Of a stretch of 64,000 nt of DNA, positions 39,439 through 47,942 are shown piece after piece; positions within the stretch are counted from its first letter, which is position 1, and each line of letters opens with the position of its first letter. The stretch lies in assembly GCA_963804645.1 (NCBI GenBank), contig CAWDRG010000017.1, forward strand, positions 736,001 to 800,000, given 5' to 3'. The notes beneath the pieces are model-generated. The model did no database searches. It had not been told where the DNA came from and saw nothing but the letters and a program-made list of their open reading frames with translations. This stretch comes from an uncultured Bacillota bacterium (GTDB lineage Bacteria > Sysuimicrobiota > Sysuimicrobiia > Sysuimicrobiales > Segetimicrobiaceae). The position numbers and the translations under genes are program-made.

Positions 39439-42041
39439 GCTTGAACGGGGCCGGGATGCGCGCGTCAGCCTCCGCGCTCCCGTTGTTCGTTTGGTTCCTC
39501 GTCGCGGCCGCACTCGGCTCCCTCATCGCGGGGCTGCGCGCGATGGTGGTCGGGCAGATCCCTGAAACACTCGTGATCGCGATTACCATCGCGATCCTCG
39601 ATCTGTATCCGATCTACCTCGATCCCACGGGTGAAATCCCGCTGACCCCCGTCATCACCGTGGGGGCGGTGGTGCTGTTTGGGTGGGCGCCGACGATCGT
39701 CGGCGCCGCTGTCGGCACGCTCTTCGGGCTGTTCAGGCACCCCGCGCGGGAGGTCGTGGTCAACGGCAGCATCCGGCTCGGCGCGCTCATCGCTGCCGCC
39801 GGTCTCGCCAGCGTCGCGCCCGCGATGGGTTCGAACCGCGATGTGAGCGCGGTGATCGCGGTGCTCTATGCCGGCGCCGGGTACTGGGCGGCGTCTGTGT
39901 TCCTGTCCGCGGCCCGCCTGTGTACCGAAGACGCGGTCACGTGGCAGCGTGCCGTCAGATTCCAGCTGGCGGCCACGACGTTCCACCTGGCCGTGTTCAC
40001 CCTCGCGGCCGCCGTCGCGGTGTGGGTGATCAGCAACGATCCGTCGCGGATCGACCTCCTGCTCGTCCCTCCGCTCGCCGCCACGTTGGTGCTCCAGCTC
40101 TACCTGCCTCGAATTCTGCGCGGCGAACAACAGCGCCGCGCGCTCTCCTCGGTGTCGGTGCTCGCGGCCGCGGTCGACGCCAAAGACCCGTATACTGCCA
40201 ACCACTCGGCCGCGGTGGCCGAACTGTCCCGGCGCGTCGCGAGAGTGCTCGACCTCGACGAGCCCGACGTGCACCGCGTCTACCTCACCGGGCTGCTCCA
40301 CGACGTCGGCAAGACCGTCGTGCCGCCGGAGATTCTCCTGAAAACCGGAAAGCTGACGGAGGACGAATGGCAGGTAATGCGCTCGCACGTCGAGGCCGGC
40401 GTTCGGATCGTCCAGTCGATTGGCGGGCTGGCGGAGATCGCCCCATTCGTCGGGGCCAGCCACGAGCGCCTCGACGGGGCCGGCTACCCGGCGGGCCTGG
40501 CCGGCAACGCCATTCCCCTGAGCTCCCGCATCAATCTCGTGGTCGACGCGTACAACGCGCTGACGACGAACCGCCCCTACCGCCCGGCCCGTCCGCCTGA
40601 GGCGGCGCTCCGCGAGCTCGAAGCGCACACGGGAACGCAGTTCGACCCGCGGGTGGTCACGGCGATCCGCACCGCCCTCGGATTGAGCCGGGCGCTTCCT
40701 CCGCAGCGCGACGCGCCGGATCCGCGGGTGGTCGCGACGCTTCGTACCGCGCTCGGGCTCAAGCGCGCCCCCGAAACGCGCGAGGACGCACCAAACGCGT
40801 TGACGTTGTTCCGGCAGCCGGCATTCGCGCTCCTGTGGATCGGGCAACTCGTGAGCTTCCTCGGCGATGAAGTTTTCTTCATCGCCCTATCGCTCTGGGT
40901 CTACCGGCTCACCGGATCCGCGACGATCCTCGCGGTCGCGCTGATCGCCGCGACCGTGGGCCAAGGCCTGCTGGGACTGCTGGCCGGCGCGCTCGCGGAC
41001 CGGATGGACCGTCGCGGAGTCATGATCGCCGCTGACCTCGGGCGGGCGGTCCTCGTGGGCATGCTCCCCTTTGTCATTCTCCGGTCGCTGCCCCTAGGAT
41101 TCCTCGTCCTCGTGGTGTTGAGTGTCGGCACCGTGTTCTTTCGCGCCGCGGTCTACGGGTTGATCCCGTCGATCGTCACGCGAGCGCTCCTCCCGTCTGG
41201 CAATGCGCTGTTGCAGACGACCGAGCGCGTCGCCGAGATCGTCGGCGGGGTGTTGGGGGGGGTGATTGTGCTCACGCTCGGCTACGTCGCGGTGTTCTAT
41301 CTGGACGCCCTGAGCTTTCTCGTGAGCGCGGTGTGCATCGGCCTGATGCCGGTGGCATGGCGGGCGGGTCTCGCCGCGACCGGCCCCAAACACATCGCCA
41401 CGGACATTAAAGAAGGCCTCGACTACATCCGACACACGCCGCTGCACTGGGCGCTGGCACTCTTGATTATCCCAGGGTACCTCACGCTCGCGTTTACCGG
41501 TCTCAGAGCGCCGATGATCATCAAGGCGGCGGCGCTGCCGGCGGTCGCCTACGGCGTCGTCAACAGTGTGATCGGGGTCGGCAAGCTTGTGTCCGCGCTG
41601 TCGCTGGCCGCGATCCCGCGCGGCTGGAGCAACGTGTCGTTCGTGGTCGGATCGTTCCTCCTGACGGCGCTCGGGATCCTGCTGTTCGGCGCCACCACGT
41701 CGTACTCGGTGCTCCTCATGGGGGCGTTCCTGTTCGGCGCCGGAAATATCGCCTCGAACATCGCCAACGCGTCCATTTCCCTGTCCAACACGCCGTCCGG
41801 GATCGTGGGCCGACTGATGTCCAGCCGACAGGTCTTCATCGCCGGCACCACGCTGGTCGGCATGTTGATCTTCGGCAGGCTGGCCGACGTCGCCGGCCCG
41901 CCGTTCGCGCTCGTGATGCTGGGAGCCGTCTCGGCCGGGGGCGTGCTGATCGTGTGGTTCACCATCGGCCGCCGGGTCGCTCCGCCAACCTCTCAGGACG
42001 TGCCTCGCAGCGTCACCGTGCCGTCCCAGCGCAACGCATAG
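39435..42041 (+). CDS. Fusion: N-terminal multi-TM domain + HD-GYP phosphodiesterase + MFS transporter
   Basis: DAKDPYTANHS..LLHDVGK..HERLDGAGYP..GTQFDP; then FALLWIGQLVSFLGD..AGALADRMDRRGVMIAADLGR (MFS motif A) and further TM helices. Confidence 0.88.
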   Translation: MSLNGAGMRASASALPLFVWFLVAAALGSLIAGLRAMVVGQIPETLVIAITIAILDLYPIYLDPTGEIPLTPVITVGAVVLFGWAPTIVGAAVGTLFGLFRHPAREVVVNGSIRLGALIAAAGLASVAPAMGSNRDVSAVIAVLYAGAGYWAASVFLSAARLCTEDAVTWQRAVRFQLAATTFHLAVFTLAAAVAVWVISNDPSRIDLLLVPPLAATLVLQLYLPRILRGEQQRRALSSVSVLAAAVDAKDPYTANHSAAVAELSRRVARVLDLDEPDVHRVYLTGLLHDVGKTVVPPEILLKTGKLTEDEWQVMRSHVEAGVRIVQSIGGLAEIAPFVGASHERLDGAGYPAGLAGNAIPLSSRINLVVDAYNALTTNRPYRPARPPEAALRELEAHTGTQFDPRVVTAIRTALGLSRALPPQRDAPDPRVVATLRTALGLKRAPETREDAPNALTLFRQPAFALLWIGQLVSFLGDEVFFIALSLWVYRLTGSATILAVALIAATVGQGLLGLLAGALADRMDRRGVMIAADLGRAVLVGMLPFVILRSLPLGFLVLVVLSVGTVFFRAAVYGLIPSIVTRALLPSGNALLQTTERVAEIVGGVLGGVIVLTLGYVAVFYLDALSFLVSAVCIGLMPVAWRAGLAATGPKHIATDIKEGLDYIRHTPLHWALALLIIPGYLTLAFTGLRAPMIIKAAALPAVAYGVVNSVIGVGKLVSALSLAAIPRGWSNVSFVVGSFLLTALGILLFGATTSYSVLLMGAFLFGAGNIASNIANASISLSNTPSGIVGRLMSSRQVFIAGTTLVGMLIFGRLADVAGPPFALVMLGAVSAGGVLIVWFTIGRRVAPPTSQDVPRSVTVPSQRNA

Positions 42042-42237
42042 GGCCGCCGGGCGCGGAGTCGGCCGGCCCTGGCGTACGCGCCGCCTGCCTCAGAGGTCTA
42101 GAACCCCACCCCCCAGTGTACACACGGGATGGCCGGCACCAGCGCGCGCCGGCTCAGTTTAGGCACGTCGGAGCAGTGCACGGACCTGCCGGACGCCATA
42201 CGCAGCAGCCGCCACACCAGGATGGGGGAGACGTCAC

Positions 42238-43998
42238 ATGAGATCCGATCGAACGCTCGCCTGCATGCTCGTCGTCCTGCTCATTGTCCTCGTCGCGGGC
42301 GCCGCGGCCAGCGGGGCCGGAGCGCCCGTGAACAATCCGGGCACGTTCGTCACCGAGCGCCTGGCGGATCCGCAGAGCCTCGATCCCGCCTACGCGTACG
42401 ATACCGCGAGCGAAGAGATCATCTACCCCAACGTCTACGAGACCCTGATCGGGTACGACGGCAGCGTCCTGTCCCACTATGTGCCGGTGCTGGCTGCCCA
42501 AGTGCCGAGCGTGGGCAATCACCTGATCACGCCGGACGGGCTCACGTACACGTTCCCGATCCGCGCCGGGGTGCGGTTTCACGACGGGTCCGTGATGACT
42601 CCCGAGGACGTGCGCTATTCGATCTTGCGCTTCATGCTGCAGGACCGCGACGGCGGCCCGTCGTGGCTGCTGCTCACGCCCCTGCTCGGGACCGAGAGCA
42701 CGCGCGACGCCAAGGGCAACATCGCCGTGACGTACGCGCAGGCCGCCAAGGCCGTAACGGTCGAGGGGCACAACGTGGTCTTCCACCTCGCCCATCCGTA
42801 CGGCGCGTTTCTGAGCATCATGGCGGCGTGGTCGTTTGTCCTCCCGCGCGCGTGGGCCGCGGCGCACGGTGACTGGGACGGCAGCCCGGCGACGTGGCAG
42901 CGCTACAACAACCCGAAGCTCCAGGACCGCTACGCGTTCGACCATATGAACGGCACCGGGCCGTTCCTGCTGCAGCAGTGGGACCGGCAGGCCAAGCAGA
43001 TCATTCTGGTCCGGAACCCGCAGTACTGGCGCGCGCCGGCCCGGTTGTCGCAGGTCGTGATCCGCACCGTCCCCGAGTTTGGGACGCGCCGCCTCGAGCT
43101 CCAGCGCGGCGACGCCGACCTCATCGACGTCCTGCGCCCGGATCAGCCCCAGGTGGCGGGACTGGACGGCGTGACGATCCGTGACGGCCTTCCGCAGCTG
43201 GCGCTGCTGGCCCTCGACTTCAACCTGCAGATCGACCCCACCGCCAATCCCGATATCGGCAGCGGGAAGCTTGATGGGAACGGGATCCCGCCGGACTTCT
43301 TCAGCGACGTCCACGTCCGCCAGGCGTTCGCGTACGCGTTCGACTACGGGACGTTCATCCGGGACGGATACCGGGGGGACGCGGTCCAGCCGAACGGCCC
43401 CATCATCCAGGGCCTGCTCGGATACGATGCGTCGATGCCGCGGTACACGTTCGACCGGCAGAAGGCGATCGCGGAGTTCAAGGAGGCGTGGGGCGGGAAG
43501 CTGTGGGACGTAGGGTTCCGCTTCACCGAAACGTACAACACCGGCAATGTGATCCGTCAGGTCGCCGCGCAGATCCTCAAGGACGAGGTCGAGTCGCTCA
43601 ACCCGAAGTTCCGGATCGACATCCGCGATCTCGCTTGGTCGTCGTTCCTCCAGATGGTCGGCCAGCATCGGGGCACGCTGTACGGCATGGCCTGGACGGT
43701 CGACTATCCCGATCCCGACGACTTCGCACAGCCGTTCATGGCGAGCAACGGTTCCTACCCGAAGCGGGACGGCTTCAGCGATCCCGCCGCGGACCAGCTG
43801 GTCGCGGAGGCGGCGGCCATGTCCGATCCCGCCAAGCGCGCGGCGATCTACCAGCAGCTGTCCAAGCTCTCGTACACCGACGCGCCCAGCATCTACATCG
43901 CGCAGCCGACCGGGTTCGCGGTGATGCGGACGTGGGTCCGCGGATGGTACTACAACCCGGTGATCGTGCAGGACTACGGCCCGCTGTTCAAGCAGTAG
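42238..43998 (+). CDS. ABC transporter substrate-binding protein, family 5 (peptide-binding)
   Basis: Signal peptide; SLDPAYAYDTAS, YTFPIRAGVRFHDG, NGTGPF, WTVDYPDPDDF. Confidence 0.92.
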   Translation: MRSDRTLACMLVVLLIVLVAGAAASGAGAPVNNPGTFVTERLADPQSLDPAYAYDTASEEIIYPNVYETLIGYDGSVLSHYVPVLAAQVPSVGNHLITPDGLTYTFPIRAGVRFHDGSVMTPEDVRYSILRFMLQDRDGGPSWLLLTPLLGTESTRDAKGNIAVTYAQAAKAVTVEGHNVVFHLAHPYGAFLSIMAAWSFVLPRAWAAAHGDWDGSPATWQRYNNPKLQDRYAFDHMNGTGPFLLQQWDRQAKQIILVRNPQYWRAPARLSQVVIRTVPEFGTRRLELQRGDADLIDVLRPDQPQVAGLDGVTIRDGLPQLALLALDFNLQIDPTANPDIGSGKLDGNGIPPDFFSDVHVRQAFAYAFDYGTFIRDGYRGDAVQPNGPIIQGLLGYDASMPRYTFDRQKAIAEFKEAWGGKLWDVGFRFTETYNTGNVIRQVAAQILKDEVESLNPKFRIDIRDLAWSSFLQMVGQHRGTLYGMAWTVDYPDPDDFAQPFMASNGSYPKRDGFSDPAADQLVAEAAAMSDPAKRAAIYQQLSKLSYTDAPSIYIAQPTGFAVMRTWVRGWYYNPVIVQDYGPLFKQ

Positions 43999-44022
43999 GC
44001 CGCGATCGGGCTCGCGCGGGCG

Positions 44023-44051
44023 GAGGCCCCCGGGAACCTCGGGGGCCTTTC
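44023..44051. terminator. Hairpin terminator between convergent genes
   Basis: AGGCCCCCG-GGAACCT-CGGGGGCCT followed by TT. Confidence 0.7.
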
Positions 44052-44055
44052 CGTG

Positions 44056-45351
44056 CTAGCGGGGCGAGTCGGCGCGCAGCACCTCAAGCGCCCGCGAGAG
44101 ATACGGCGCGGCCTGCGACGCGCGGCCGTGTTTCAGGAGTAGATCGCCGAGCGCGTTGCACGCGTTCGCGACGTCCGCCTGCATCCCAAGCGCGGTGAAT
44201 CCGTCGATCGCCTGCTTGTAGCAGCGAATCGCCTCCGGCATCCGGCCGGTCGCCGCCCGGAGCTGGGCGCGGGCGGCCTGAATGCGGGCGCCCTCGGTGA
44301 CATCCTTGAACCGGTCGGTCAGCCGCTCGGCCTCGTCAAGCAGCGCATCCGCCGAGGCGAACTCGCCTTTTGCGATCATGGCGCGTCCCAATTCTGTGAG
44401 CGACCGTGCCCGCCCGGGGTCGTCGCCGGTCTCCGCCTTGATCCGGAGACTCGCCTCGATGTGCGCGATCGCGTCGTCGACCTTCCCCTCAGCCAAGAGC
44501 GTGATCCCGATGCTGTTGTGGGCCCATCCGAGCAGCCGCCGGTCTTCGAGCACCTCGAACACGTGCTCCGCCCGGTTCAGATGCGCCAGCGCCGCGTCGT
44601 AGTGCCCTCGCTCGCGCTCGGCCACTCCGAGCTGGACGTGCACCAGACCGAGCCGGTGCATGTCCCCGGTCGACTCCAGCAGGGCCATCGCCCGCTCGTA
44701 CCAGCGGGCGGCCTCCACGTGGTCGCCCATCTCCATGTGCGTGTTGCCGATGTTGTACAGTAGAATGCCGCCGAACCCGCGATCCGGGTGATCGAACTCT
44801 TCGAACCGGCGGTACGCCTCGGCAAAATGCCCGCGCGCCTCAAGCAGGCGGCGCTCCTGGTACGCGATCATGCCGAGCACGTGGTGGATGCGCACGAGGT
44901 GATGCGAGGCCCCGGCCGTCTCGGCAAGGTCCCGCCCGCGCTCCACGTTCCGACGGGCCAAGTCATGCTGCCGGAGACCCGCGAGCGCCGTCGCGAGCCC
45001 GATGCAGCATTCGGCCTCGAGGGCTGGATCGTCGTCCCCCGCGGCCAGCGCGAGCGCCTCGTTGAACGCCTCGGCGGCGCCGGTATAATCGCCCTGCTTG
45101 ACCTTGACCCAGCCCGCGGCCACGGTGACGCGAACCGCTTTGGCCCCGAGGGTCGTGCCTCGCTCCAGAAAATAGCCGACGGGCCTCTGCAGGCGGCCGG
45201 CGAGCACGCCCAGGGTGTCCAGCGACGGCTTCGCGCGGCCTTTTTCGATCAGGCTGATGAACGCTTTGCTGACGTCAGCGCCGCCGAGTTGGGTCTGAGT
45301 CAGGCCCAACTCCTTCCGTCGGGTCCGAATGCGTTCCCCCAAGGAAGACAA
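44056..45351 (-). CDS. XRE-HTH + TPR transcriptional regulator (RRNPP-like architecture), paralog 2
   Basis: Colinear with and clearly similar to 34970..36268 (SSLGERIR.RRKELGLTQ, GWAHNSIGITLLA, GDDPGRAR.LTELGRA, QAAPYLSRALEVLR); TTG start at 45351 with GGGGGA RBS. Confidence 0.88.
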   Translation of the reverse strand: MSSLGERIRTRRKELGLTQTQLGGADVSKAFISLIEKGRAKPSLDTLGVLAGRLQRPVGYFLERGTTLGAKAVRVTVAAGWVKVKQGDYTGAAEAFNEALALAAGDDDPALEAECCIGLATALAGLRQHDLARRNVERGRDLAETAGASHHLVRIHHVLGMIAYQERRLLEARGHFAEAYRRFEEFDHPDRGFGGILLYNIGNTHMEMGDHVEAARWYERAMALLESTGDMHRLGLVHVQLGVAERERGHYDAALAHLNRAEHVFEVLEDRRLLGWAHNSIGITLLAEGKVDDAIAHIEASLRIKAETGDDPGRARSLTELGRAMIAKGEFASADALLDEAERLTDRFKDVTEGARIQAARAQLRAATGRMPEAIRCYKQAIDGFTALGMQADVANACNALGDLLLKHGRASQAAPYLSRALEVLRADSPR

Positions 45352-45521
45352 CGTCGATCCCCCGGTCTCGCGTCGGTGCGCGCCCATCCACTACCGCGAA
45401 GCGCTCGGTACGGCTGGTATCTGATACTGGATCCCGGGTCTCGAACCCTTGTGCATTCGCAGCACCCGGCCAGCCCGGGGGCCGGCCGGCAGTCGGATCG
45501 GGATCGGGGCGGCGAGGCCGG

Positions 45522-46928
45522 TCAGAAGAGACTGAGCGTCACGAGCGCGTGCGCGCGGCTGGTATGGGGGGTCAGATCCACGGGCTGCACGTGGCGGACC
45601 GTAAACCCCTCTTTCGAGAGCGCGACCACGTCGCGGACCAGCGCGCCGAGGGCCCCTCCGAGGTACACGATGTGCCGCACCCCCGCGAGTTTCAGGGTCC
45701 GGCCCGCCGCCGCGGGCAGCCCGATGCCGGAGGGGTGCAGGAACGCAAGCCGGGTGGCCTCGCCGCGAATCGCGTCATGCCAGTCGCTGCCGAATCCGTC
45801 GACGACGAAGGTGACGTTGGCGAAGTCATCGAGCGCCGCATTCGTCCGTGCGGTGTCCAGGTCCCGCTCCGACGTCACCGCGATGACCCTGCCCACGTCA
45901 AGCGCGAGGTGGAAGGTGAACGCGCCGATCCCGGCGTTCAGCTCGACGAGCGCGTCCGCGCGGGACCCATCGAGCTCTCCGAGGATCATTTCGAGGAGTC
46001 CCGGGAATGCGCGCGCGTTGATGGGAAAGTCCGCCAGCGGAGGGACCTGCAGCCGGACCCCCAGCACCTCCTTCCGGAGATGTCCCCTGCCCCACAGAAG
46101 GCTGCTGTCATACTCCTCGACCCCATGCGCCCCGGGACGCGGGATGAACTCCACGAGGCCGGTCAACCCGGGGATCTGGTCCAAGACGGCGTCCACGACC
46201 CGCTCCCGGTCGTCCGACGACATCGCGTGCCGCACGACGAACCCGACCATGAGGTCGCCGGTCGTCTCGGCGACTCGAAGCCGCACGCCGCGAATCGCGC
46301 CGGGGCTCTGCCCGTATGGCGCAAAACGGGCCGGCCACACCCTCCGCAAGGCGTCGAGCGCCTGCACCAGCGCGGGGTGGCTGGTGCTGCACTGCCGGAT
46401 GTTCACGAGGTGATCGGACCCCCATGCGTGGAGTCCGAGTATCAGCTCGTCGCCCCGCGCGCCCACAAATACGTTCATCTGCGTCCGGTACTCCCACGGA
46501 GGCTCCCACCCGACCGCCGGCGGCATCGACAGATCCGGGTACCCGGCGTCCCGCAGCGCATCGCGCACGAGGTCCTGTTTCTGCTCGAGCTGCACCGTAT
46601 ACGCGAGATGCTGCCACTGGCAGCCTCCGCACACGCCAAAGTGCGCGCATCGAGGCTGCACGATGTGGGGGGACGACCGCAGCAGCTTCACGAGCCGGCC
46701 GCGGAGCGTGCCGCCGTCCGAGGCAACGATGCGGACGACGGCACGGTCGCCCGGCGCGGCGTACGGAACGGCCAGCGTCCGACCGCGGAGGGCGGCCAGC
46801 GCCTCCCCCCCGGCGCCCATGCGGTCTATGCGTACGGTCACCTGCCGGCCGGGGAGTGGGGTCGAACGCGGCGCGGTATCGCCGAGCGGGCGCGTCATGC
46901 GCGCACCGTCCGGCGGGATCGCGGGCAC
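45522..46928 (-). CDS. RlmD/TrmA-like TRAM-domain RNA methyltransferase homolog with degenerate catalytic motifs
   Basis: TRAM-like N-terminus, CAHFGVCGGCQWQH Fe-S motif, VDLTPHT C-terminus; canonical FxQxN, DPPR and SCN motifs altered. Confidence 0.82.
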   Translation of the reverse strand: MPAIPPDGARMTRPLGDTAPRSTPLPGRQVTVRIDRMGAGGEALAALRGRTLAVPYAAPGDRAVVRIVASDGGTLRGRLVKLLRSSPHIVQPRCAHFGVCGGCQWQHLAYTVQLEQKQDLVRDALRDAGYPDLSMPPAVGWEPPWEYRTQMNVFVGARGDELILGLHAWGSDHLVNIRQCSTSHPALVQALDALRRVWPARFAPYGQSPGAIRGVRLRVAETTGDLMVGFVVRHAMSSDDRERVVDAVLDQIPGLTGLVEFIPRPGAHGVEEYDSSLLWGRGHLRKEVLGVRLQVPPLADFPINARAFPGLLEMILGELDGSRADALVELNAGIGAFTFHLALDVGRVIAVTSERDLDTARTNAALDDFANVTFVVDGFGSDWHDAIRGEATRLAFLHPSGIGLPAAAGRTLKLAGVRHIVYLGGALGALVRDVVALSKEGFTVRHVQPVDLTPHTSRAHALVTLSLF

Positions 46929-47081
46929 GGCGTGCCGCTGCCGGCGTGCCCGCGGGACACGCCGTGCGCGAGACTCCGTACTGGACGGCCCGCCAATCTC
47001 CGAGACGGCATCGGCTCGCTCAGTCTTCGGTTTATTCGCGCGCGGGTTGGAACTCCAGCCGGCGCGGCGTGGGAACGACGG

Positions 47082-47942
47082 CTACCGTAGGCGCTCGAGC
47101 AGCGGTTCGACGTCCGCTCCGCTAAGCTCCCGCGGCCACATCGGGAGCCGCTTGGCCTCCGGCTTCGGCTGAGGATTCCGGTAGATGATCCCGAGCGGAA
47201 GCTTTTCGCGGCGTCTGAAGTCCTGGATCAAGTCGCGCGCCGCATCCTTACTCGAGGGATCGTGGTCCGCGGGGACCGCCTCGACGTGCGCCCGGAACCA
47301 GTCGTAGGTGTTGATCTTATTATAGGTCACGCACGGGGAGAAGTCGTTGACGAGCGCGAACCCGTGGTGCCGCACGCCTTCGACGATCATCTGGGAGGCG
47401 TGCTTCGGATCTCCCGAGAACGACTGCGCGATGAACGTCGCCCCGCAGGTCAGCGCGATTTCGATCGGATCGATAAACGGCGGATGCTCCTCCGACGACC
47501 GCCAGTTCGGCTGGCCGAGCCCCGCGGACGGAGAATCCTGCCCCTTCGTCAACCCGTACACGCCGTTGTTCATGATGACGAGCGTCACGTTGGGATCGCG
47601 CCGGCAGATGTGCACGAAGTTCTCGATCCCGATCGCCAGCGTGTCGCCGTCCCCGGCCATGACCAAGACGGTCAGCTCCGGGTTCGCCATCTTGGCGCCG
47701 AGGGCGTACGCCAGGGCGCCCCCGTGCGTGCCGTAAAACGAGTTGCCGTTCAGGTAGTTCCGGATCTGCCCCGAGCACCCGATCCCGCCCACGAGCAGCA
47801 CCTCCGACGGCGTCAGCTCGAGCGTCGTCAGGGCCGCCTTCGCCGCGTTCAGGAGGCCGAAGTCGCCGCATCCGGGACACCATTGGATGCGGTGCCGCGG
47901 TGCCGCATTCTGCTCCCAGACGGACTTGGTCGCTTCAGCCAT
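47082..47942 (-). CDS. 2-oxoacid:ferredoxin oxidoreductase beta subunit
   Basis: WCPGCGDFG, GIGCS, GDGD..NNGVYGLTKGQ TPP motif, SPCVTYN. Confidence 0.93.
   Translation of the reverse strand: MAEATKSVWEQNAAPRHRIQWCPGCGDFGLLNAAKAALTTLELTPSEVLLVGGIGCSGQIRNYLNGNSFYGTHGGALAYALGAKMANPELTVLVMAGDGDTLAIGIENFVHICRRDPNVTLVIMNNGVYGLTKGQDSPSAGLGQPNWRSSEEHPPFIDPIEIALTCGATFIAQSFSGDPKHASQMIVEGVRHHGFALVNDFSPCVTYNKINTYDWFRAHVEAVPADHDPSSKDAARDLIQDFRRREKLPLGIIYRNPQPKPEAKRLPMWPRELSGADVEPLLERLR

Noticed and set aside
45410..45430. GTATC-T-GATAC palindrome upstream of receptor 2 as a shared operator
   Set aside because: Too short, and not convincingly repeated upstream of paralog 1.
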